From NCBI GenBank assembly GCA_015233135.1, contig JADFYH010000001.1:27930-91929 (forward strand): a DNA stretch of 64,000 bases, read 5' to 3'. This DNA comes from Deltaproteobacteria bacterium. GTDB lineage: Bacteria > UBA10199 > JADFYH01. Under the pieces are notes generated by a model. The model saw nothing but the letters and a program-made list of their open reading frames with translations. It was not told where the DNA came from and searched no databases. The translations under genes and the position numbers were made by a program. Shown piece by piece: positions 56,699-64,000 of the stretch; position 1 is the stretch's first letter, and every line of letters starts with the position of its first letter.

Positions 56699-58048
56699 CT
56701 AAGCTTCAGCATGCCATTCTCTCCTATATTCATAAAAGATACTTGTTGTCCACGGCATAATTACTATTGCATTGATAATTAAATACGAACTTACAGCTCC
56801 AATAGGACCAAACTTACTTCCATAAAACCACACACACAATCCAATCAATAAGCTACCAACAACAGACATTCCGGTTAGAACCTCTTTTTTATGGGCTCTT
56901 AAATATGCTGCTTCACAAAGAGTGATATGAAAAAATATAGTCGCTAGTGAAAACACGACAACCTCTTTGATAGGCAACAATCTATCTAAAATTTTTATGT
57001 GATTTAGTTTTAAAATTATTAGTAATGAACTAAATAAGGACACCACAAACATAAGCACAAAAAATGATTTTATAGAATTTCTAAACCAAATTTTATCCAA
57101 AGATTTATATTCTTTCTTTGCTATCAAAATTCCAAAGCTTGGTATTTTTATTTGAATCCAAGCTATTCCAATATTTTGAATAGCACCAACTATTTGCCAA
57201 GTTAAACCCATTTGCCCAGCTACAACAGGCCCATAATAATGAAACATTACTGGATTGAATAATGAAAATGAAAAGTAATTTACTAAGCCCGCCAACGCAA
57301 GCCTTGATTGCATTGGTAGAACTTCTTCTTTCCAATTTATTACATCGGTTTGCTTAGTTCTATATATAGATTTAATAAAATTTTTATACTTAATTAATAA
57401 AGCTAGATTACATAAAAGTAAAAAAACTGGTTGTGCTAAGGATGCCCATAATTTTGCCTTTAATCCTAGTAATATACAAAAGGCAATACTGCCTAAAACT
57501 CCCTGGATAAACCTATATTTATATAAAGTTTTTAGTTGATTACAACCTTCGAGAATAGAAATTATTGGTAGCAAAAATAACTGCAGGGCAGAGAGAGCGA
57601 CTAAAACCAACCACGGAAATAACCAAATATTTAATCCCTCGTAATGCGATTTAGAAAAAAATAAAACTCCTATAATGCTTACTATTGCTAAGAATAAAAT
57701 AGAGACCACGAGATACCATCTTACAGTTAACTGAAATAAACTTTTCAACCTCGATAAGTTTGTTTTTTCTCCAATAATATATCCTTGATCATCAAAGTTA
57801 AGGTTAGACCATTCATGACTAGCAAATTGAATGATGACAGTACTGAATGCGAGTTCAAAAAAAATTTGAAGCCCTACCAAGCTACTAAAAGTATAGTAAA
57901 AGCCCTGCAATTTAGGCTCTAAATACTTGTATATGAAAAATATGGTAAGAGGACCAGAAAAAACAGACCAAATTCTGGAGGAAAGATAAATTACAAGAGT
58001 ATAATCAACTTCGAAAAACTTTAAAATTTTTCTTATGAAAAAAATCAC
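56699..58048 (-). CDS. Polysaccharide flippase (Wzx/MOP superfamily)-like membrane protein
   Basis: 449 aa, about 12 TM helices, polysaccharide locus context. Confidence 0.55.
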   Translation of the reverse strand: MIFFIRKILKFFEVDYTLVIYLSSRIWSVFSGPLTIFFIYKYLEPKLQGFYYTFSSLVGLQIFFELAFSTVIIQFASHEWSNLNFDDQGYIIGEKTNLSRLKSLFQLTVRWYLVVSILFLAIVSIIGVLFFSKSHYEGLNIWLFPWLVLVALSALQLFLLPIISILEGCNQLKTLYKYRFIQGVLGSIAFCILLGLKAKLWASLAQPVFLLLCNLALLIKYKNFIKSIYRTKQTDVINWKEEVLPMQSRLALAGLVNYFSFSLFNPVMFHYYGPVVAGQMGLTWQIVGAIQNIGIAWIQIKIPSFGILIAKKEYKSLDKIWFRNSIKSFFVLMFVVSLFSSLLIILKLNHIKILDRLLPIKEVVVFSLATIFFHITLCEAAYLRAHKKEVLTGMSVVGSLLIGLCVWFYGSKFGPIGAVSSYLIINAIVIMPWTTSIFYEYRREWHAEA

Positions 58049-58956
58049 AAAATAGAAGTAGCCACTTTAATGATATTTTCTATTGATAAACCATACAAAG
58101 ATCGAAGGGCCATCTGCGATGCTGCTATTGTTTGAACTTTCCTATCCAATTTAATGGGCATAAAACGCACGTAAAAGCTCTCCTGCATCAAAACTTCAGA
58201 TACCACTGAAGCTAACCCACCTTCCCCATGTTCTTCGATAGTTATAATTTTTTTTGTTTTAATAATTGACTGCAAAATACTATCAACATCTAGAGGGGAA
58301 ATAGTATGGGCACTAAGCACCTCAACTGAAATTTTTCTACTTTCAAGGTGTTGTACAGCTTGCATGGCTAGATCAAGAACTCCGCCTGTAGTAATAAATG
58401 TAACATCCGTTCCTTTTTTTACTCTTATAATTTTACCAATTTGAAAGTCTGGAATATCTTGATAAACAATTGGCTCGCCAGCTTTACCTAAACGCAAGTA
58501 ACACGGGCCATTCCATTTTACCATTGCTTCAGTAGCAAGCTGAGTTTCAACAGGATCACCCGGAGCAATCACTGTCATATTTGGTAATACACGCATTAAC
58601 GCTAAATCTTCTATTCCATGGTGCGTATACCCTTGTGTGCTATATGTAAAACCACCTCCTACCGAGACTATTTTTACGTTAGCATTATGATAGCAAACAT
58701 CATTTCTAATTTGCTCTAAACATCTAACTACAGGAAAATTTGCAATCGAATAAGTAAATACAGTTTTACCAGACAATGCCAAGCCTGCCGCGACTCCAGT
58801 CATATTCTGTTCCGCAACCCCTACGTTAATAAAACGACTTGGAAACTTCTCTATAAATGGTTCCAAAACAGAAAAACCTAAATCACCGCATAACAAGAAT
58901 ATGTTTTCATCATGCTCGGCCAACTCACACAATGTTTTTACAAAAGTGTTTCTCAC
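58045..58956 (-). CDS. Transketolase, C-terminal (pyrimidine-binding) subunit of split transketolase
   Basis: VGVAEQNMTGVAAGLALSGK...GGGFTYSTQGYTHHG. Confidence 0.85.
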   Translation of the reverse strand: MRNTFVKTLCELAEHDENIFLLCGDLGFSVLEPFIEKFPSRFINVGVAEQNMTGVAAGLALSGKTVFTYSIANFPVVRCLEQIRNDVCYHNANVKIVSVGGGFTYSTQGYTHHGIEDLALMRVLPNMTVIAPGDPVETQLATEAMVKWNGPCYLRLGKAGEPIVYQDIPDFQIGKIIRVKKGTDVTFITTGGVLDLAMQAVQHLESRKISVEVLSAHTISPLDVDSILQSIIKTKKIITIEEHGEGGLASVVSEVLMQESFYVRFMPIKLDRKVQTIAASQMALRSLYGLSIENIIKVATSIL

Positions 58957-59765
58957 TGCAAATCTAGCTCCTTTAATGCTTTTTCTAATTGCTCAATATT
59001 AGGTGATTTATAATGCCACTCCAGCTTATCCTCCATGAAACTAACTCCTTTACCTTTAACTGTATGAGCAATTACTACGCTGGGCTTACCTTTATTAAAG
59101 GGAATTAACTTAAAAACATCTTCAATTTCTTTATGAGAATGACCATCAATTTCTTTCACTACCCAACCAAAAGACTCAAACTTGGATTTTAATGGCTCTA
59201 AGTCTAAGACGTCTTTCACAGTACCAAAGCTTTGTATCTTATTATAATCAACAATTAAAATGAGGTTATCCAACTTTTGATGAGGAGCAAAAAGAATAGC
59301 TTCCCAATTTGATCCTTCGTCCAACTCTCCATCACTGACTAAAGTGAAAACACGATAATCTAAAGAATCTGCCTTTCCAGCTAGAGCCATACCACACGCA
59401 ATAGGTAATCCATGACCTAATGAGCCAGTTGAGACCTCTACTCCAGGCACATAGTGGCTGATATGACCCATTAACCTAGAGCCATCTTCACAGTAAGTAT
59501 CAAGCTCCTCTTTTGGAAAGAAATCTAACTCACCAAGCAAGGCATACATAATTGCTGCAGCATGTCCTTTACTTAAAATAAATCTATCACGATTTTTATT
59601 TTTTATATCAGCAGGCGAGATTCTAAGAACTGTAGTGTACAACACTGAAATAATATCAGCCATAGAGAAACAACTTCCCACATGAGAAGCCTTTGATTTA
59701 TGAACCATTTCAAGAGTTTTTTTTCTTATTTTTTTAGATAAGATTAACGAATTATTAGTTAGCAT
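58953..59765 (-). CDS. Transketolase, N-terminal (TPP-binding) subunit of split transketolase
   Basis: GHISHYVPGVEVSTGSLGHGL, GELDEGSNWEA. Confidence 0.85.
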   Translation of the reverse strand: MLTNNSLILSKKIRKKTLEMVHKSKASHVGSCFSMADIISVLYTTVLRISPADIKNKNRDRFILSKGHAAAIMYALLGELDFFPKEELDTYCEDGSRLMGHISHYVPGVEVSTGSLGHGLPIACGMALAGKADSLDYRVFTLVSDGELDEGSNWEAILFAPHQKLDNLILIVDYNKIQSFGTVKDVLDLEPLKSKFESFGWVVKEIDGHSHKEIEDVFKLIPFNKGKPSVVIAHTVKGKGVSFMEDKLEWHYKSPNIEQLEKALKELDLQ

Positions 59766-60681
59766 TAAGCTTTCCTCTATACCAATCCACCGTCTTTTTT
59801 ATACCATATTCTAATTTTGTTTTTGGATACCAATTAATGGTTGATTTTATTTTTGTAATATCTGCTTGCAGATGCATTACTTGATCTTCACGATAGGGAA
59901 CTTCTCCAAATTTAAGCTTTATATTTTTATCAATATATACCGAAATCATTTCGACAATATTTTTTATACTCTGCACTTTACCTGAACCCAAATTAAAAAC
60001 ACCTTCAGCTTTTTGATTAATACCTAATTGATAAATTGCCTCAACAGCATCTTCAACATACAAATAATCCCACAGCTGTTCACCCAAAGTAAGCTTAGGA
60101 ATTTTTTTATTTAAAAGCTGATTTATAACTGAAGGCAACATCCAATACTCATGATCCATAGGACCATAAGTTGAAAACACTCTGACCCATACTAGTTTTG
60201 AATTACACAATTTAGATAATTGAGAAGCAATTAACTGAACAGATAATTTAACTGTACCATACAGAGTTGTAGGGGAGGTCAAATCCTCTTCTTTTGCTAT
60301 TCTATTTAAAGGACCATATTCTGCTTGAGAACCTAAAATAACCCATCTTTTACAATCTGCTTTATGACAAATAGAGAGTAAGTCGAAAGTACTCTTTAGA
60401 TTTGAAGTTACTTGAGCAAAGTCATTTCTTGAATTATTGGCAACACCTGACCAACCTAGATGAAATAACACTTCTGGTTTAAATTTAAAAATTTCTTGTT
60501 CAAGATTTTCTATAGAGAAGTAATCACAAGTGAGTACTTTAATTTTATCTAAACACGCACCAATTCTCCAAAAATCAGAATTCGGACCAGCTACTAATAA
60601 TAACTCATGTTTATTTTTGCAGAGTAATTTTACCAAATATGAACCAATGAATCCTGTTCCGCCAGTGATCAACATTCTCAT
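59755..60681 (-). CDS. NAD-dependent epimerase/dehydratase
   Basis: ITGGTGFIGSYLVKLL. Confidence 0.75.
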   Translation of the reverse strand: MRMLITGGTGFIGSYLVKLLCKNKHELLLVAGPNSDFWRIGACLDKIKVLTCDYFSIENLEQEIFKFKPEVLFHLGWSGVANNSRNDFAQVTSNLKSTFDLLSICHKADCKRWVILGSQAEYGPLNRIAKEEDLTSPTTLYGTVKLSVQLIASQLSKLCNSKLVWVRVFSTYGPMDHEYWMLPSVINQLLNKKIPKLTLGEQLWDYLYVEDAVEAIYQLGINQKAEGVFNLGSGKVQSIKNIVEMISVYIDKNIKLKFGEVPYREDQVMHLQADITKIKSTINWYPKTKLEYGIKKTVDWYRGKLNAN

Positions 60682-61928
60682 GCCAAAAGCTCCAACATAG
60701 ATACAAGCTTACCACCCTTTTGCAGATAGTCTTTAAGCTCTCTTTTTATTTCATCTAAATATCCAAACGAAAATACAATCACCTCATCCACAAAATTTTG
60801 TAATAAATATTCAGGTGAAACTATGGGAACATGAGTATTTGGCGTAAGAAAACCATGAAAGCTAGCATTTTTATCACATAAAAAATTAATCTCTTTATGA
60901 GTGAGGCCCGACATGGCTAAAGTCATAACACCCCGCCCCCCCCCACCATAGCCAGCAAATTTAAATCCGTCAGATATTTTACTTTGTACATAAGATCTCA
61001 TCTTGGAATAAGATTTTGCAACTTTTTGAGCAAATTCTTCATAGATTTTATATTGCTTAAGATAAGTAAAATCAGCGCAGAAAGAAACACTTTCATCGGA
61101 TTTGTGAGAAGAATTATTGAGGGCTGCAGCCACTAGAAGAGAATTTCCTCTTCTAAGTTTTTCAGGAACCAGATCTGTGCTAAGAAGTTTAAATCCAAAT
61201 CGTTCTAAGGTTTCTTTAATTGTTAAGGGAGTCATGTAAATAGAATGCTCATGTTCAAACAGACAAGTTTCACATCGAGCAATAATTTTAGATAAGTCAT
61301 GTATCTCTATAATGAGAACCCCTTTATTTGGATCCAAAATTCTTTTTACTGATTCAAGGAATTGTTTAGGTTGAGGTAAATGATCGAAGGTATAGGTGAG
61401 TAACACCACTTGAGCAGGTAAAAACTCTTTTGGAATTTGATCAATTGTTTCTGCATTAAACAAAGTTTGAATTGTAGGCACATCTCGTTCTTTGGACAAA
61501 TTTGTAAGTTCTGCAGAAGGTTCAATACCCAACACTTTCATTTTTTTTTGCTTAAAATATTTTAATTGCTCGCCATCGCCTGATCCAATTTCAATAACAT
61601 GATCGCCTTCGCGCAATTCAAATTTATTAAAAGTATTATCAGACAACATTTTCATAAAACTTCTTGTAAACTCCGAGCTTGAAGAAGTGTATTTATAGTC
61701 CCGATAGTATTCTTGTACTTCCACATCATGTAATGTTTGTGTAACTTTGCACTCTTCACAAAAAAACAGGTCAATTGGATATGAAAATTCCGTTCCAACT
61801 TTAGCAGGTGTTATGATTTGATCGGTAAAAGGCATATCATCAAAAGTTAAAAAATTCTTGAGGGATGAAGAATTACAAATTCGACAACGTTCGTTCTTTT
61901 GAATATTAATTTTCATGTTAAAACCCAT
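60678..61928 (-). CDS. NDP-sugar C-methyltransferase-like (Zn-ribbon + class I MTase + C-methyltransferase C-terminal domain)
   Basis: CRICNSSS...CEECK zinc ribbon, VIEIGSGDGEQL motif I, architecture of TylC3-type sugar C-methyltransferases. Confidence 0.65.
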   Translation of the reverse strand: MGFNMKINIQKNERCRICNSSSLKNFLTFDDMPFTDQIITPAKVGTEFSYPIDLFFCEECKVTQTLHDVEVQEYYRDYKYTSSSSEFTRSFMKMLSDNTFNKFELREGDHVIEIGSGDGEQLKYFKQKKMKVLGIEPSAELTNLSKERDVPTIQTLFNAETIDQIPKEFLPAQVVLLTYTFDHLPQPKQFLESVKRILDPNKGVLIIEIHDLSKIIARCETCLFEHEHSIYMTPLTIKETLERFGFKLLSTDLVPEKLRRGNSLLVAAALNNSSHKSDESVSFCADFTYLKQYKIYEEFAQKVAKSYSKMRSYVQSKISDGFKFAGYGGGGRGVMTLAMSGLTHKEINFLCDKNASFHGFLTPNTHVPIVSPEYLLQNFVDEVIVFSFGYLDEIKRELKDYLQKGGKLVSMLELLA

Positions 61929-61936
61929 GTCTTCCC

Positions 61937-63025
61937 TTAGTTTTTTTCTGTGACATATTTGAACTCCTGATATATTTTGACTTGTTCTAGAGAAAAAAAC
62001 CTTATATCTTCACCTATAGCCAATTTTTTATACCAAGCCACTATCCAGTTTAATGTAATCTCTAAATTCAACCTTGACTTCCAACCCAAAACAGATCGGG
62101 ATTTGGATGAATCTAACTTTAAATAAGCTGCCTCATGCGCTTGATCAGCACCATCCACCACCCACTCAATATTTGCCCCCCACATTTTACATAACTTATC
62201 CACTATCCAAGATACTGGCTTTGCATCTTCATCCACTGGACCAAAATTAAAAGCTTCTGCAAACTTTCCCTTACTTTCATAAAGTTTTTGAGCAAGCAAG
62301 AGGTATCCACATAAGGGTTCCAGAACATGCTGCCAAGGTCGAATAGCCTCAGGGTTGCGTATGATGGGTTTTTCATTTTGCAATAAAGACTTCATTATAT
62401 CTGGGATTAAACGATCTTCGGACCAATCACCACCACCAATTACATTACCTGCGCGAGCCGAGGCTAAAGCGACGCCATGTTTTTGATAATCATTTAAATT
62501 AAAAAAAGAGTTCCGATAAGCAGAAACAACTAACTCCGCACAACCTTTACTATTGCTGTAGGGATCATATCCTCCCATGGGTTCATTTTCTCGATAAGAC
62601 CAAATCCATTCTTTGTTTTCGTAGCACTTGTCACTTGTCACAACTACAATAGCCCTAAGTGAATCACAATAACGGGCTGCTTCAAGTACATTGACTGTGC
62701 CCATCACATTAGTCGAATAAGTTTCAATAGGATTTTTATAAGAATATCGTACCAATGGCTGAGCTGCCATATGAATGACAATTTCAGGTTTTTCTTCTAA
62801 CAAAACTTTCTTAAGCTTTTCAAAATCGCGAACATCTTCGTAGAATGTTTTTACGCTTTTATCTAAAGCAGCTAATTTAAAAAGAGAAGGCTCTGTTGGA
62901 GGGGGTAGAGAATATCCCACAATATTAACATTCAAATTTTGCAAAAACAAACAAAGCCAACTTCCTTTAAAACCGGTATTTCCGGTAATTAAAACTTTTT
63001 TATTTTTCCAAAAATCTAAATCCAT
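61937..63025 (-). CDS. rfbG: CDP-glucose 4,6-dehydratase
   Basis: VLITGNTGFKGSWLCLFL, YSNSKGCAEL (YxxxK). Confidence 0.85.
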   Translation of the reverse strand: MDLDFWKNKKVLITGNTGFKGSWLCLFLQNLNVNIVGYSLPPPTEPSLFKLAALDKSVKTFYEDVRDFEKLKKVLLEEKPEIVIHMAAQPLVRYSYKNPIETYSTNVMGTVNVLEAARYCDSLRAIVVVTSDKCYENKEWIWSYRENEPMGGYDPYSNSKGCAELVVSAYRNSFFNLNDYQKHGVALASARAGNVIGGGDWSEDRLIPDIMKSLLQNEKPIIRNPEAIRPWQHVLEPLCGYLLLAQKLYESKGKFAEAFNFGPVDEDAKPVSWIVDKLCKMWGANIEWVVDGADQAHEAAYLKLDSSKSRSVLGWKSRLNLEITLNWIVAWYKKLAIGEDIRFFSLEQVKIYQEFKYVTEKN

Positions 63026-63793
63026 TTACCAAACTTTCCATGGTGCCTTACCCGAGGCCCAGAGCTCTTCTAAGTGGTTTTTATCTCTCAATGTATCCAT
63101 AGGCTGCCAAAAACCTTGGTGCTTGAAAGCTGAAAGCTGGCCTTCTTCAACTAACTTTTCTAAAGGTTCCCTTTCCCAAATTGACTCATCCCCTTTTATA
63201 TATCCAAAAACCTTCGGAGAAAGCACAAAAAAACCTCCATTAATCCAAGCCCCGTCGCCTTGGGGTTTTTCTTCAAAACTTTCAATCTTATTTTCTAAAA
63301 TCTTAATGGAACCAAATCTACCTGGAGGCTGAGTGGCAGTCAGGGTTGCAAGAGTTTTTTGTTTTTTGTGAAAATCAATCAAACTAGATATATTCACACT
63401 TGATAAGCCATCCCCGTAAGTGAAACAAAAATCTTCGTCCCCCAGATAATTTTGAACTCTCTTCAAACGCCCACCCGTCATTGTGTTTTCACCTGTATCT
63501 ACTAATGTTATCTTCCATGGTTCAGAGCTATTTTGATGTACTTCCATTTTGTTACTACTCATATCGAAAGTAACATCTGAGTTATACAAAAAATAGTTGG
63601 CAAAATATTCTTTAATTACATAACCTTTATAACCACAACAAATTATAAAATCATTAGCCCCATATGCAGAATATAACTTAAGTATATGCCATAATATTGG
63701 CTTAGCACCAACTTCTATCATAGGCTTGGGCTTTAAGTGCGTCTCCTCTGATATACGAGTACCCAACCCCCCCGCTAAAATTACTACTTTCAC
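63026..63793 (-). CDS. rfbF: Glucose-1-phosphate cytidylyltransferase
   Basis: MKVVILAGGLGTRISEET...KPKPMIEVGAKPILWHIL; GTG start overlapping the upstream stop (GTGA). Confidence 0.85.
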   Translation of the reverse strand: MKVVILAGGLGTRISEETHLKPKPMIEVGAKPILWHILKLYSAYGANDFIICCGYKGYVIKEYFANYFLYNSDVTFDMSSNKMEVHQNSSEPWKITLVDTGENTMTGGRLKRVQNYLGDEDFCFTYGDGLSSVNISSLIDFHKKQKTLATLTATQPPGRFGSIKILENKIESFEEKPQGDGAWINGGFFVLSPKVFGYIKGDESIWEREPLEKLVEEGQLSAFKHQGFWQPMDTLRDKNHLEELWASGKAPWKVW

Positions 63794-64000
63794 GCAAAAC
63801 TCCCAAGCTTTTCCTTCAACTGCTCAACCTCTACCGTTTTTTTACCCAACACTCTTTCTAGTTCGGCAATGTATTCTTGATAATTGTTTTGAGTTAGGGG
63901 GGAGGATTCCGGGGGTAGGACAGAAGTCTTTTTAGACTTTCCATTCAACTGCTTTTTCCATAAAAACAACTGACTTGCTGATATATCGTGTTTGCGGGCA
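63790..64000 (-). CDS. C-terminal part of an unknown ORF running off the window end
   Basis: Manual translation: ...QNNYQEYIAELERVLGKKTVEVEQLKEKLGSFA stop; heptad-like leucine spacing. Confidence 0.25.
   Translation of the reverse strand, partial: ARKHDISASQLFLWKKQLNGKSKKTSVLPPESSPLTQNNYQEYIAELERVLGKKTVEVEQLKEKLGSFA

Noticed and set aside
63726-63935. ORF 63726..63935(+)
   Set aside because: It overlaps the rfbF start and the minus-strand partial ORF; the minus-strand frame is continuous to the window edge and ends exactly at the rfbF GTG (GTGA overlap), which fits operon structure better.

Overview
This 64 kb window comes from a Gram-negative-type bacterium and splits into two compositionally distinct halves, one core (positions 1 to about 40,800) and one accessory (about 40,800 to 64,000). 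No rRNA, tRNA or CRISPR array was recognised.

The core half has roughly 50% GC. It contains:
- a tight minus-strand operon of tetraheme cytochrome c, a Tat 4Fe-4S protein and an NrfD-like membrane subunit, followed by ccmABC-EFGH-I cytochrome c maturation genes with no separate ccmD;
- a sulfur-assimilation neighbourhood: sat on one side and divergent cysC-cysH on the other, around a SAM-I riboswitch-led operon. That operon encodes a ThrC-like PLP enzyme, a small ACT/NIL-like protein, a CysK/CysM-like cysteine synthase, a JAMM protease and a MoaD/ThiS-type sulfur carrier ending GG-K. An HI0073/HI0074 (MNT/HEPN) pair and an unknown Cys-motif protein sit inside it;
- housekeeping genes (rimO, plsB, mutY, a GATase, DUF885), a second MNT/HEPN pair, and a 1415-aa secreted FN3-like/LamG protein with tandem DNA repeats.

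The core region is riddled with at least three families of palindromic miniature repeats. Several copies sit in-frame inside intact genes (sat, rimO, GATase, mutY), much like Rickettsia RPE elements.

The accessory half drops abruptly to AT-rich sequence and is a polysaccharide/LPS island. It carries rfbF/rfbG (CDP-glucose pathway), a sugar C-methyltransferase, a split transketolase, an Fsa/transaldolase, a class II aldolase, an HldE-like kinase and an RpiB-nucleotidyltransferase fusion. It also carries a GT9 heptosyltransferase, several GT1/GT2 transferases, Wzx- and Wzy-like proteins and a GtrB-like + GT-C pair.
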